DNA of 32,000 nt, taken from contig JBBIMK010000001.1 in the NCBI GenBank assembly GCA_037444445.1, forward strand, positions 90,001-122,000, read 5' to 3'. Source of the stretch: a bacterium. GTDB lineage: Bacteria > UBP7 > UBA6624 > JBBIMK01. Below the pieces are notes generated by a model that worked only from the letters and a program-made list of their open reading frames with translations, was not told the origin of the DNA and made no database searches. The position numbers and the translations under genes are program-made. The first letter of the stretch is position 1; each line of letters begins with the position of its first letter. Shown here piece after piece: positions 1-8,600 of the stretch.

Positions 1-118
1 TAACAACGGTAATCCCTGCGGCGAGTAATCCCCTCTCTTTCTATCCTCGCCTTCCATTACAATCCCCAAATCTTCTGGTGATTTTCAATTCTACCCAACA
101 CCACCGCAGAGTTTTCCT

Positions 119-610
119 CTATTTATCCTCCGTAGTGAGGCGAGTATAAATCGTGTTGAAAAGAGAGAGCATCCCTTTTCCCTGGAGTTCGGAAGGGTCT
201 TTGTAACCGAGAAATTGAAAGGAACGAGAGACAACCCCCATACGGAAGTTTACACGGACTGAAGGCGTAGCGGCAGGTAAATTATGGGATTTCCTAATCT
301 GGCTATTGGGCTGGAAACAGAGCAGGGAACTCATAAAAAGAACCTGGAAGGCTTTGCTACCTCGGATTCCAATAGCCCCTTTCTTTTTTACAATTACGCT
401 CAGGTCACCCTGCAAAGTTACCAGATTTTGAGCAATATCACCTTCCTGCTTCGTATACAGGAACTCTATCACCGGGGAAGAATTTCCCTGCCCCAGAGGA
501 ACCATGAACACATTAGGAAAGAAAAGAAAGTATAAGAACAGCATAAAGAGAAGCCACAGGAAAGGATTCCTCACAATTCCTGCACCCGTGTAATCACGGC
601 TTCCCAGCAT
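119..610 (-). CDS. hypothetical N-terminally membrane-anchored protein; an LptC/OstA-like fold is possible but unproven
   Basis: 163-aa ORF. The ATG at 608-610 is preceded by a strong Shine-Dalgarno GGAGGTG (reverse complement of 616-622). One hydrophobic segment (FLWLLFMLFLYFLFFPNVF) is followed by a beta-rich soluble part. No diagnostic catalytic motif. Confidence 0.6.
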   Translation of the reverse strand: MLGSRDYTGAGIVRNPFLWLLFMLFLYFLFFPNVFMVPLGQGNSSPVIEFLYTKQEGDIAQNLVTLQGDLSVIVKKKGAIGIRGSKAFQVLFMSSLLCFQPNSQIRKSHNLPAATPSVRVNFRMGVVSRSFQFLGYKDPSELQGKGMLSLFNTIYTRLTTEDK

Positions 611-676
611 CCCAGCACCTCCTTCTCCGGGTAATTTCAGTTATACTATAATAGATTATATGGAAGGGGTCAAATT

Positions 677-1600
677 ATGGTCAAAGCGAAAAATATCGTA
701 AAAAAATTTGGGACACGTTACGCACTCAAGGGAATCTCTTTTGAAGTCAATGAAAGGTCAGTAGTTGGGTTTCTGGGCCCCAATGGCGCGGGGAAAACCA
801 CCACCATGCGCATCCTGACGGGCTATCTCACTCCCACTGATGGCTCAGCAGAAGTGGCAGGGTATGATGTGGAGAGAAACCCTCTCCAGGTAAAAGCCCG
901 GGTGGGTTACATGCCAGAAAGCCCGCCGATATACGCTGAAATGACCGTGAAAGAATTTCTCGCTTTCGTAGCAGATATAAAAGGAATACCGCCCAAAAAC
1001 AAAAGAGCCAGCATAGAGAAAGTGATAGAGGAAACGGCGATTGGAGATGTGCAGAACCGTTTAATCGGGCGCCTTTCCCGAGGATACCGACAGCGAGTGG
1101 GGCTGGCTCAGTCTCTCATTCATGACCCACAGGTTCTTATCCTGGATGAGCCCACCGCAGGGTTAGACCCCATTCAAATTCACGAAATTCGCGAGCTCAT
1201 CAAAAAACTGGGGCAGGATAGAACCGTGCTTTTAAGCACTCACATTTTGCCCGAAGTGACACAGACCTGCACCCGGGCTATCATCATCCACGAAGGCTCT
1301 ATCCTTGTAGAGGATACGCTCAGCAATTTAATGCAAACCCTTGCAGGGGGGCTTCGAGTGCGATTGAAAGTGAAACGGAACCCGGACTCCCTCCTCCTGA
1401 AAATTCAGGAAATGGATGAAGTGCGCCTGGTTCGCTGTGAAGACGATTCTATCCTGGTGGAATTTCAAAGGGGTAAGGACAAAAGGGAAGAAATCGCGGA
1501 CATCGCAGTGAAAGGAAACCATGGGCTTCTGGAATTTTCCACACAGGCTTTAACTCTGGAAGAGGTATTCCTGAAACTCACCACGGAGGAATCTCTATGA
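677..1600 (+). CDS. ABC transporter ATP-binding protein (ABC-2 / GldA-like subfamily)
   Basis: Walker A GPNGAGKTT, signature LSRGYRQRV and Walker B LILDEPTAGLD with H-loop STH. SD GGAAGGGG lies 7 nt upstream of the ATG. The stop overlaps the next start (ATGA at 1597-1600). Confidence 0.95.
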   Translation: MVKAKNIVKKFGTRYALKGISFEVNERSVVGFLGPNGAGKTTTMRILTGYLTPTDGSAEVAGYDVERNPLQVKARVGYMPESPPIYAEMTVKEFLAFVADIKGIPPKNKRASIEKVIEETAIGDVQNRLIGRLSRGYRQRVGLAQSLIHDPQVLILDEPTAGLDPIQIHEIRELIKKLGQDRTVLLSTHILPEVTQTCTRAIIIHEGSILVEDTLSNLMQTLAGGLRVRLKVKRNPDSLLLKIQEMDEVRLVRCEDDSILVEFQRGKDKREEIADIAVKGNHGLLEFSTQALTLEEVFLKLTTEESL

Positions 1601-2355
1601 GAGGAATATGGGCTGTGTTCAAAAAAGAAACCGGTATCTATTTCCACTCATTTATATTCTATTTTTTCGGCCTGGTATATCTTTTCATCCTGGGGCTCAT
1701 CTTCTCCCTGGTTTTTATCGTCTACGCAACACAATTGCCCATGCGGGCTCAGATGGCTGGCGGAAATCTTCCCACGGTAAACACCTACATTCTCCGACCC
1801 GTCTTCGGAGATATGGGATTTCTTCTTATTCTCTTCCTTCCCTTTTACACCATGCGTTTGCTGGCAGAAGAGAGGCGACATGGAACCCTGGAATTGCTGT
1901 TCACCTCACCGATTACTCCAGCGCAAGTCGTGCTGGGGAAATTCCTTGCTTCTTTCACACTTTTCATCGCCATCACATCCATTCCAATTTTCTACTGCTT
2001 CATCCTGGATTACTTCGGGGATGTGGATTGGCTCCCTATTCTCTCCACCTATCTGGGCATCTTTCTACTGGGAGGAAGTTTGATTGCTCTGGGGCTTTTT
2101 TTCTCATCCATCACGAATAACCAGTTGATTGCCGCAGTGCTCACGCTGGGAGGATATCTCCTTTTCTGGATTATCGGATGGATGGGGCAAAGTGGCGCCA
2201 CTGCTACCCTCTTTCGCTACCTCTCTATCTACGAGCACTACGAGCCTTTTACCCAGGGCCTCATAGATACTCAAGATGTTTTTTATTACTTTTCTCTTAT
2301 TTTTCTCTGGCTATTTCTTACTTACCGAAGCCTGGAGTCCCAGGGCTGGAGGTGA
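1597..2355 (+). CDS. ABC-2 family transporter permease (GldF-like)
   Basis: 252-aa polytopic hydrophobic protein, about 6 TM segments. SD GGAGGAA is upstream. It is translationally coupled to the ATPase gene. Confidence 0.9.
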   Translation: MRGIWAVFKKETGIYFHSFIFYFFGLVYLFILGLIFSLVFIVYATQLPMRAQMAGGNLPTVNTYILRPVFGDMGFLLILFLPFYTMRLLAEERRHGTLELLFTSPITPAQVVLGKFLASFTLFIAITSIPIFYCFILDYFGDVDWLPILSTYLGIFLLGGSLIALGLFFSSITNNQLIAAVLTLGGYLLFWIIGWMGQSGATATLFRYLSIYEHYEPFTQGLIDTQDVFYYFSLIFLWLFLTYRSLESQGWR

Positions 2356-2360
2356 ATGAC

Positions 2361-3881
2361 ATGCGGTGGGAACGGGAGAAAATTCTGGACTTATCCGGTA
2401 TATTGGGCGCTCTTCTTCTGATTACAACTGCCCTTTGGTTTCAGGCGAAACATCAATGGACCTGGTATCACTGGGTTCTGGCGGGTGCAGGCTCCCTGGG
2501 CATTGCCAGCTATCTTGGATTGAACTGGAAAGTCTATTACCAATTTCTGGGTGGGAAAAAGGGAATGGAGCGATGGAACCTTCTCCTTTATTCTCTCCTT
2601 GTGATAGCCATTCTGGGATTCGCTAACTACCTCTCCTACCGGCATCCTAAGCGATGGGATGTTACGAAAACCCGCAGCAATTCACTGGCTGACGAAAGCC
2701 TGAAGGTCCTTCAGCAACTCGCAAAGCCAGTGAAAATCACCGGATTTTTCACCGCGGAGGCTTCTTCTCGCAAGGAGGAAGCAGAAAAACTTCTCCAGCG
2801 GTATGCCTACGCCAGCCGAAATAGAATTCAGTATAAATTGATAGACCCGAATCGTGAACCTGCCCGGGCACGAGAATATCAGGTAACCAGTGAAGGGGTC
2901 CTTTTCCTGGAAAGCGGTGAGAAGAAAATTAGCATTACTCAAACGACAGAAGAAGCCATCACCAACGCCTTGCTGGAATTGACCACTCCACAGAAAGAGG
3001 TTTGCTTCACCATCGGGCATGGTGAAAAAGACCCCCAGGATTATCAAGAGCATGGCTACAGCGATCTCGCTCGCCTGATTTCCGAGAAAAACTTCACCGT
3101 GAAAACAGTGGAAATTTTAAGGGAAGGAAAAGTGCCCGAGCGGTGCAGTGTGCTGGTCATTGCCGGTCCCAATAAGCCTTTTTTTGAGGGCGAACTGGAT
3201 ATGCTCAGAAAGTATATAGAAGCGAGAGGAAAACTACTCATTGAGTTAGACCCCTGGACCCAGGAAAACCTCTCTGGTATGTTAATCTCTTACGGTATCA
3301 CTGTGAAAGATGCAGTAATCGTGGAGCCCATTTCGCAGGTGGCTGGACAAAATCCTCTAACAATACTGGTAACCCGCGAAGGATATAGTACCGCTCACGA
3401 AATTACCCGAAATATCAAAGTCTCCAGCTACTTCCCTCTTACAGCCCCTCTGGTTGTATCTGACAAACCTCCATCAGGCTGGACCGTAACTTCAATTTTA
3501 AAGTCGTCTGAACTATCCTGGGGAGAAACAGATAGAAAAACAGCTGATTTCACGGAGGGTAAAGACATTAAAGGACCATTAACTTTCGGGGTAGCACTCT
3601 CTAAGGAAGAAACTCGCATGGTTATCCTCGGAGATTCAGATTTTGTTATCAATGCGAATCTTCGTGTTGTGGATACCAACGGAGAGATTTTCTTGAATGT
3701 TCTCCGTTGGCTGGCTCATCAAGAGGCCTTGATTTCTATTCCGGTGAAAGAAGAGGCGGGAAAACCCTTACTGGTTTCCCGGAGCCAGATGCAAGAGATT
3801 CTCTTCTTCGCCGTCCTGGTTCTGCCAGCCGTTTTCCTGATTTCTGGTGGTTATGTGTGGCTTCGGAGGCGAGGGTTATGA
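2361..3881 (+). CDS. GldG-like ABC transporter auxiliary component (ABC-type uncharacterized transport system domain)
   Basis: The ORF is open from 2178, but the ATG at 2361 follows SD GGAGGTGA and lies 5 nt after the permease stop. It has N-terminal TM segments, a large soluble domain and a C-terminal TM anchor (ILFFAVLVLPAVFLISGGYVWL), which is the typical GldG layout. It sits in the conserved position after the ABC-2 ATPase and permease. Confidence 0.85.
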   Translation: MRWEREKILDLSGILGALLLITTALWFQAKHQWTWYHWVLAGAGSLGIASYLGLNWKVYYQFLGGKKGMERWNLLLYSLLVIAILGFANYLSYRHPKRWDVTKTRSNSLADESLKVLQQLAKPVKITGFFTAEASSRKEEAEKLLQRYAYASRNRIQYKLIDPNREPARAREYQVTSEGVLFLESGEKKISITQTTEEAITNALLELTTPQKEVCFTIGHGEKDPQDYQEHGYSDLARLISEKNFTVKTVEILREGKVPERCSVLVIAGPNKPFFEGELDMLRKYIEARGKLLIELDPWTQENLSGMLISYGITVKDAVIVEPISQVAGQNPLTILVTREGYSTAHEITRNIKVSSYFPLTAPLVVSDKPPSGWTVTSILKSSELSWGETDRKTADFTEGKDIKGPLTFGVALSKEETRMVILGDSDFVINANLRVVDTNGEIFLNVLRWLAHQEALISIPVKEEAGKPLLVSRSQMQEILFFAVLVLPAVFLISGGYVWLRRRGL

Positions 3882-5218
3882 AATGGCTCAGGGTGATATT
3901 CTCTCTGGGTATTTTACTCTTCCTCATAGGTTATCTTTATCTGGTGGAATTCCGTCAGGAGAAGAAAAAGGTTGAAAAAGAGAAGAAGGAGAAAAGTTTA
4001 TTTCAAGTAAAAGAGACTGAGATACAGGAAATCACCATTCAACGACCCAATGAGCCCTCCTTCACTGTAGCACTCCAGAATGGCGATTGGCGCTTTACCC
4101 AGCCGAGGCCCGTGGATGCCGATGATGCAGAAGTTCAGTATATGGCTTCCCGCATAGCCCGGGCAGAAATTTCCTCTACCCTGGAGGGGAAAGAAGAAAA
4201 GACTTATGGCTTTGAACAGCCATCTCTCACCGTTCGGATTACCACAAAAGGGAATCAAAAGATTGAGGTTCAGTTTGGGGATAAAACACCTGTAGGACTT
4301 TCTTACTATGTGAAACGAGAGAAGAAAATTTTTTTGCTCCCGGAAGGGTTTTATACGGATTTTAATAAGAAAATGGAGGACTTACGAGAAAAACATCTTT
4401 TCAATTTCACGCCAGATGAGGTGAAAGAAATCAGCGTTCGCCAGGCCTCTACAACTTTCAAAATCTTGAAGACATCGGAAAATAAATGGACACTTCAAAC
4501 TCCCACTCCATTCCCGGCAAATCGTAAGAAGGTGGATGCTTTTCTGAGGAGTCTGGAATTTACTCAGGTAGATAAATTTGCAGAAGATGAGGCAAAGGAT
4601 TTCGCACATTACGGGCTCCATGCACCTATGGCTGAAATCTCTCTGACCGTTCAAAAGAAAGAAACTTCTTCAACACAAAAGTTACTTCTTGGATTAGAAA
4701 AAGATAAAGAATGGTTTGTAGCACGAGAGGGGTCTAAGGAAGTGGGAGTTCTTTCTCCAGACCGGAAAAAAGAGATTCTCCCCGACCTGGAATCGCTGAA
4801 GAAGAAAACCTTATTAGATATAGACCAGTGGGATGTGAACCGAGTGGAGATTGTCAGGGGAAAAGAAAACATCCTGATAGAAAAGGACCCAAATGGGGAC
4901 TGGAAGCGAAAAAAACCGTCTAACATGGATGTGCCTTTTACGGATATGAATGATTTATTCCAATCCCTCACAGAAAAAGAAGTAATGGAAATGATGAGTT
5001 CTACGGAATCTCTTGCCCTCTACGGGCTGGATAAACCCACCATCAAAATTGGATTATGGGATTCCACCGGGAAATTGCTTGGAGAGATTTTATTATCAGC
5101 GCACTCCAACCAGTACTTTGGAAAAGAACGCGCAGAATCAGTGGTATATAAAATTCGTGAAGACCTGTATAAAACGATAGAATCCCAGGTGAGCCAGTTG
5201 ACGAAAAAGGCGAAATGA
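3878..5218 (+). CDS. DUF4340-like protein (signal-anchored; usual fourth gene of GldA/F/G-type operons)
   Basis: The ATG at 3878 overlaps the GldG-like stop (ATGA) and follows GGAGG/GAGGG. The N-terminal anchor is MKWLRVIFSLGILLFLIGYLYL. The remainder is a Lys/Glu-rich soluble protein. The family assignment rests on operon position and general architecture. Confidence 0.75.
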   Translation: MKWLRVIFSLGILLFLIGYLYLVEFRQEKKKVEKEKKEKSLFQVKETEIQEITIQRPNEPSFTVALQNGDWRFTQPRPVDADDAEVQYMASRIARAEISSTLEGKEEKTYGFEQPSLTVRITTKGNQKIEVQFGDKTPVGLSYYVKREKKIFLLPEGFYTDFNKKMEDLREKHLFNFTPDEVKEISVRQASTTFKILKTSENKWTLQTPTPFPANRKKVDAFLRSLEFTQVDKFAEDEAKDFAHYGLHAPMAEISLTVQKKETSSTQKLLLGLEKDKEWFVAREGSKEVGVLSPDRKKEILPDLESLKKKTLLDIDQWDVNRVEIVRGKENILIEKDPNGDWKRKKPSNMDVPFTDMNDLFQSLTEKEVMEMMSSTESLALYGLDKPTIKIGLWDSTGKLLGEILLSAHSNQYFGKERAESVVYKIREDLYKTIESQVSQLTKKAK

Positions 5219-5991
5219 AGCGGCTGATTATCACGGCAGAAGATTATGGATTGACAGAGGGAGTCAGCCGTGGAATCCGGGAAGTGTGCAGGCACGGATG
5301 TGTTACCAGCGTATCGGTTCTGATGAACCTGGTGAGTCAAGATGATTTGATAGCATTGAAGGAATTAAACTCCATCAGTTCAGGCGTTCATCTGAATATC
5401 ACCAAAGGGAAACCTCTTTTGCCTGCGGAACAGGTGAAAAGCCTGACAGATGAGAATGGATTTTTTTTACCACGATGGGAAAAAATCATTCGCGGACTTG
5501 AGAGAAATGAACTGGAAGGAGAGTGGAGGGCTCAAATTCAGAAATTCCTCGCCTTCTCCCTCCCTCTGACTCATCTGAGTAGCCACCAGCATGTTCATAT
5601 CCAGGAGCCAGCCCTGGAGGTAGCCATTCGTCTGGCCAGGGAGCATAAAGTTCCTCTCCGCTCCCCTACAAAATCAACGAGAAAAAAAATCCAGGAAGAA
5701 GGTGTTCTTACAACTGATGATTTTATTTACACCTTCTATGATGAACCACACATCACAATTCCAGGTTTGAAAGGCATTCTATCCCGAGTTCAGCACGGCA
5801 TAACAGAGATGACCTGCCATCCTGGCATAGTCACCGAAGCCCTGTTTCTGGAATCCTCTTACTCTTACCAGCGGGGAATTGAAATGGCCACCCTCTCTCA
5901 CGAGGAAGCCCGAAAGGCTCTTTCTGCCTTTCGCATTCACCTGATTTCTTATCACCATCTCTTAAAAAGAACAGTGAAAACTCGGAGGTAA
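5215..5991 (+). CDS. YdjC/ChbG-family carbohydrate deacetylase
   Basis: The N-terminus MKRLIITAEDYGLTEGVSRGI...GCVTSVSVLMN matches the YdjC signature (D-[FY]-G catalytic Asp). Conserved His positions are present (GVHLN, SSHQHVH). The ATGA overlap at 5215-5218 couples it to the upstream gene. Confidence 0.85.
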   Translation: MKRLIITAEDYGLTEGVSRGIREVCRHGCVTSVSVLMNLVSQDDLIALKELNSISSGVHLNITKGKPLLPAEQVKSLTDENGFFLPRWEKIIRGLERNELEGEWRAQIQKFLAFSLPLTHLSSHQHVHIQEPALEVAIRLAREHKVPLRSPTKSTRKKIQEEGVLTTDDFIYTFYDEPHITIPGLKGILSRVQHGITEMTCHPGIVTEALFLESSYSYQRGIEMATLSHEEARKALSAFRIHLISYHHLLKRTVKTRR

Positions 5992-6017
5992 GTCGTAGGA
6001 ACTGTTCTTTTCTGCTC

Positions 6018-6344
6018 TTACATTTTTGTGGTCATATTCAGGACCCACTGGTGATAGGTGCTGGAGGCATAGTCAGCCTTCACCGCAATGAGTTCCGGAA
6101 CTTGATACGGGTGAAAAGCTTGAATTCGCTGAAAAAGAGCCTTTACTAAATTTTTTCGGGTTTTCATTATCAGTAGTTTCTCGCGGCTTTTCACCGAACT
6201 TTTTTCCCAGATGTAATACGCATGCAGAGGAGGTAAAACCCAGATGCAAGCGGCCAGCCCTTCACGAACCAGCAACCGGCACAACTTCTCCACCTGGTAA
6301 GATACGGGCACCGTCGTGAAAACGATATAAAGTGGTTCTTTCAT
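6018..6344 (-). CDS. cutA: divalent-cation tolerance protein CutA
   Basis: The ~108-aa product (YIVFTTVP...EGLAACI...YIWEK...LIMKT...HPYQVPELIA) is the typical CutA1 pattern. The ATG at 6344 is preceded by GGAGGTGA. The longer TTG-initiated ORF to 6383 overlaps the upstream gene and was rejected. Confidence 0.9.
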   Translation of the reverse strand: MKEPLYIVFTTVPVSYQVEKLCRLLVREGLAACIWVLPPLHAYYIWEKSSVKSREKLLIMKTRKNLVKALFQRIQAFHPYQVPELIAVKADYASSTYHQWVLNMTTKM

Positions 6345-6348
6345 TCTC

Positions 6349-7380
6349 TCACCTCCAGAATGAGGAGGATGCATTTTTACCAAAGATTTCGCGGAATAAG
6401 GAGTTCACTTCTCCTTTCTCTTCCGGCGTTAAAAGACGATTCAACTCAGGAATTTCTGAGGGGATAGCCGGAGGAATATAATTGAACAAAATCTGAAAAG
6501 GGGGTGGATTTTCCAGATGAGAGAGCCATTCCAGCCATGGTCGGGTACAGCAAGCCACATGCCCTGGAATCACTGTGTGACGAATATAAGGAGCATCGGG
6601 AGGAAGAGATTGTAAATTACGCTGAAGAATGGAAACATAATTTTCTACTCCTGCCAGATTTCGCGCGCAAGCATCGGTTCCAAATCTCACATCTACCAGA
6701 ATCAAATCAAAAACACCCTGCAGAAAAGAGGTTGTAAGAGGAGTTGTATACAGATTGGTATGAAGAATGACCGGGAGATTCCACTGGCAATAAGATAGAA
6801 GAGAAAAAATATAATGAAGATGTAAAGAGGGTTCTCCACCAGCAAATTTCAGGCATTTGGCTCCAGTATCGTAGGCGTCGCGAACTTCCAGGGAAAAAGC
6901 TTCCGGCAGGATAAAAGTTCCCACATCCGTCGGGGAAGAACTCGCAGGGGAATTACAAAACGCAGGGTGGAAATTGCAACCGGAGAAGAAAATCGTGAAA
7001 GCGGGAGAAATCTCCAAAAGGGGTTCTGATTCCATCCCATAGCGATAAACAGGGGCTTTGACAGATAACCCACAATCTCCTAACTTCACTCCCGAGCGGT
7101 CCACCCGGCAATTCCGCTCACAGAATCCACATTCTTTGAGCAAGCGATGAGCGATTTCTTCCTTCAAATTCAGGAAAGAAAAATAAGGCTCATCTTCCAA
7201 GGGTTCAAAACCCTCATCCAGCAGGTCCCGAAAGGAATAAAACTCAGGCAAAATTTCCGAATGCATTTTCAGGAGGACATCCAGAGGTTCTACCTCCACA
7301 TCCAGGTTGACCGGGATACGACGAGAAATGAGGTGATTGGCTTCTACATCTTGAGCAAGGATTTTGGGGAGTCTCTGCAT
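6349..7380 (-). CDS. PflX-like (COG1313-type) radical SAM homologue with a degenerate SAM-cluster motif
   Basis: The N-terminal Cys cluster CGFCERNC...GDCG and the following TIFFSGCN... block resemble PflX-type activase homologues. The canonical CX3CX2C reads CNFHPAFC (6955-6978), so the middle Cys is Pro. The ATG at 7380 directly abuts the ychF stop (TAAATG). Confidence 0.7.
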   Translation of the reverse strand: MQRLPKILAQDVEANHLISRRIPVNLDVEVEPLDVLLKMHSEILPEFYSFRDLLDEGFEPLEDEPYFSFLNLKEEIAHRLLKECGFCERNCRVDRSGVKLGDCGLSVKAPVYRYGMESEPLLEISPAFTIFFSGCNFHPAFCNSPASSSPTDVGTFILPEAFSLEVRDAYDTGAKCLKFAGGEPSLHLHYIFSLLSYCQWNLPVILHTNLYTTPLTTSFLQGVFDLILVDVRFGTDACARNLAGVENYVSILQRNLQSLPPDAPYIRHTVIPGHVACCTRPWLEWLSHLENPPPFQILFNYIPPAIPSEIPELNRLLTPEEKGEVNSLFREIFGKNASSSFWR

Positions 7381-8442
7381 TTATACAGCGAATTTAATGG
7401 TCACAACATCTCCGTCGCGAACGAGATAATCCTTGCTTTCCAGGCGGAGCAAGCCTCGCTTTCGTGCTTCTGCGAGACTGCCTGCCGTGAGAAAATCCTC
7501 ATAAGAAATCACTTCGGCCTTAATAAAGCCTCGCTCCATATCGGAGTGAATCCTTCCTGCCGCTTTCAAGACCGATGTGCCGTCTGAAATCGCCCAGGAT
7601 TTGAGTTCCTCTTGCACGACGGTATAAAAGAAAATCAAGTTCAATTTCTGCTGAATCTTCTGGATTAAGTTGTGCAACAAGGATTCCCGCAAGCCATAAG
7701 CCTTTAAGTATTCCTGTTGTTCATCCGGGGAAAGTTCTGCAATCTCTTTCTCCAGTTCCGCATCCAGAACGATAGAGGGGAAGCCTTCTTCTTCTAAGGC
7801 TTTTTGAAAATCCAGATAAGCATTTTCAGACAAGCCCTCTTCGTCGGTGTTCAGGACGACGAGGATGGGTTTATAGGTAATATACTGATAATTTCGGAGA
7901 AGTTTGAGGTCTTCTTCCTTGAGAGGCAGGGTAAAAAGAAAGTTCCCCCATTCCAGCACTTCCTTCAATTTTTGCATGAGGGGAAGTTCCTTTTCCATCT
8001 CTTTCTCACCCCGCTGACTTGCCTTATGAATTTTTTCCAAACGACCTTCAGTGCGCATCAGGTCGGAAAGGATGAATTCTTCCTTCAGGGTGCGGAAATC
8101 CCGTTCCGGATTCACGGTTTCAAAAGGATGGTAAACCGATTCATTGGCGAAAGCCCGCAGGAGTAAGAGCAGCATATCGTTTTCTACCAGAGAAATTAAA
8201 GCGCTTCCGAGGGCTTTTCCCGCTTCTATGGAAGGTGTGTCCAGAATCTGAAGGGTAGAATAGGTGATTTTGTGCGGTTTCAACAACAGCGCCAGAGACT
8301 CCATCCGTGGGTCAGGAAAAATGACCGAGCCCCGGACACCCTTGCCCGCTTTCAAACTGTGGACCTCTTCCTCTCCCCTGCACAACGCCTGAAAGAGAGT
8401 GGTTTTTCCGCATCGGTCAAATCCACAAACCCCAACTTGCAT
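7381..8442 (-). CDS. ychF: redox-regulated / ribosome-binding ATPase YchF (Obg-like)
   Basis: P-loop GFDRCGKTTLF and an NxxE-type G4 (LNTDE), which is characteristic of YchF. The C-terminal TGS/YchF domain reads IHSDMERGFIKAEVISYEDF...VRDGDVVTIKF. Strong SD GGAGGA lies 5 nt upstream of the ATG at 8442. Confidence 0.9.
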   Translation of the reverse strand: MQVGVCGFDRCGKTTLFQALCRGEEEVHSLKAGKGVRGSVIFPDPRMESLALLLKPHKITYSTLQILDTPSIEAGKALGSALISLVENDMLLLLLRAFANESVYHPFETVNPERDFRTLKEEFILSDLMRTEGRLEKIHKASQRGEKEMEKELPLMQKLKEVLEWGNFLFTLPLKEEDLKLLRNYQYITYKPILVVLNTDEEGLSENAYLDFQKALEEEGFPSIVLDAELEKEIAELSPDEQQEYLKAYGLRESLLHNLIQKIQQKLNLIFFYTVVQEELKSWAISDGTSVLKAAGRIHSDMERGFIKAEVISYEDFLTAGSLAEARKRGLLRLESKDYLVRDGDVVTIKFAV

Positions 8443-8517
8443 AAATTTCCTCCATTTCTAATTTTATACCTTCTGTATGAGGATAAGGAATGAACTGGAT
8501 GAATTTTTCTCTTCAGG

Positions 8518-8547
8518 TTGACTAGGAAAAGAAAACAGGATTAGATT
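8518..8547 (+). promoter_or_regulatory. candidate sigma70-like promoter for lpxK (TTGACT, 17-18 nt spacer, TAGATT)
   Basis: TTGACT at 8518-8523 and TTAGAT/TAGATT at 8541-8547, in the ychF/lpxK divergent intergenic region. The -10 element is imperfect. Confidence 0.25.
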
Positions 8548-8600
8548 GTAGTCAGATGAGAGGAATGATTCAAAGACTCTGGTGGATAGAAGAGGATAAG

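Noticed and set aside
1-57. Possible start of another minus-strand gene (ATG at 55-57, open to the window edge, MEGEDRKRGDYSPQGLPLL...), conceivably lptA-like downstream of the LptC-like ORF
   Set aside because: Only 19 codons are visible and no motif can be assessed, so it cannot be supported as a feature.
647-652. TATAAT hexamer upstream of the ABC ATPase gene
   Set aside because: No acceptable -35 or extended -10 accompanies it, so it was left out of the feature list as an unsupported lone hexamer.
1608-2120. 170-aa alternative-frame ORF inside the ABC-2 permease gene
   Set aside because: It is on the same strand but out of frame with a well-supported membrane protein, and its product is Arg/His/Ser-rich nonsense.
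2178-2360. N-terminal extension of the GldG-like ORF (567-aa version)
   Set aside because: It lies entirely inside the permease gene in another frame. The ATG at 2361 has a strong GGAGGTGA SD and starts 5 nt after the permease stop.
3707-3877. N-terminal extension of the DUF4340-like ORF (503-aa version)
   Set aside because: It overlaps the GldG-like 3' end. The ATG at 3878 gives an ATGA coupling and a proper signal anchor (MKWLRVIFSLG...).
7147-8166. Plus-strand ORFs 7147-7587 and 7804-8166, antisense to the PflX-like and ychF genes
   Set aside because: They are nested antisense to genes with clear family motifs. They have no SD and no recognisable domains.
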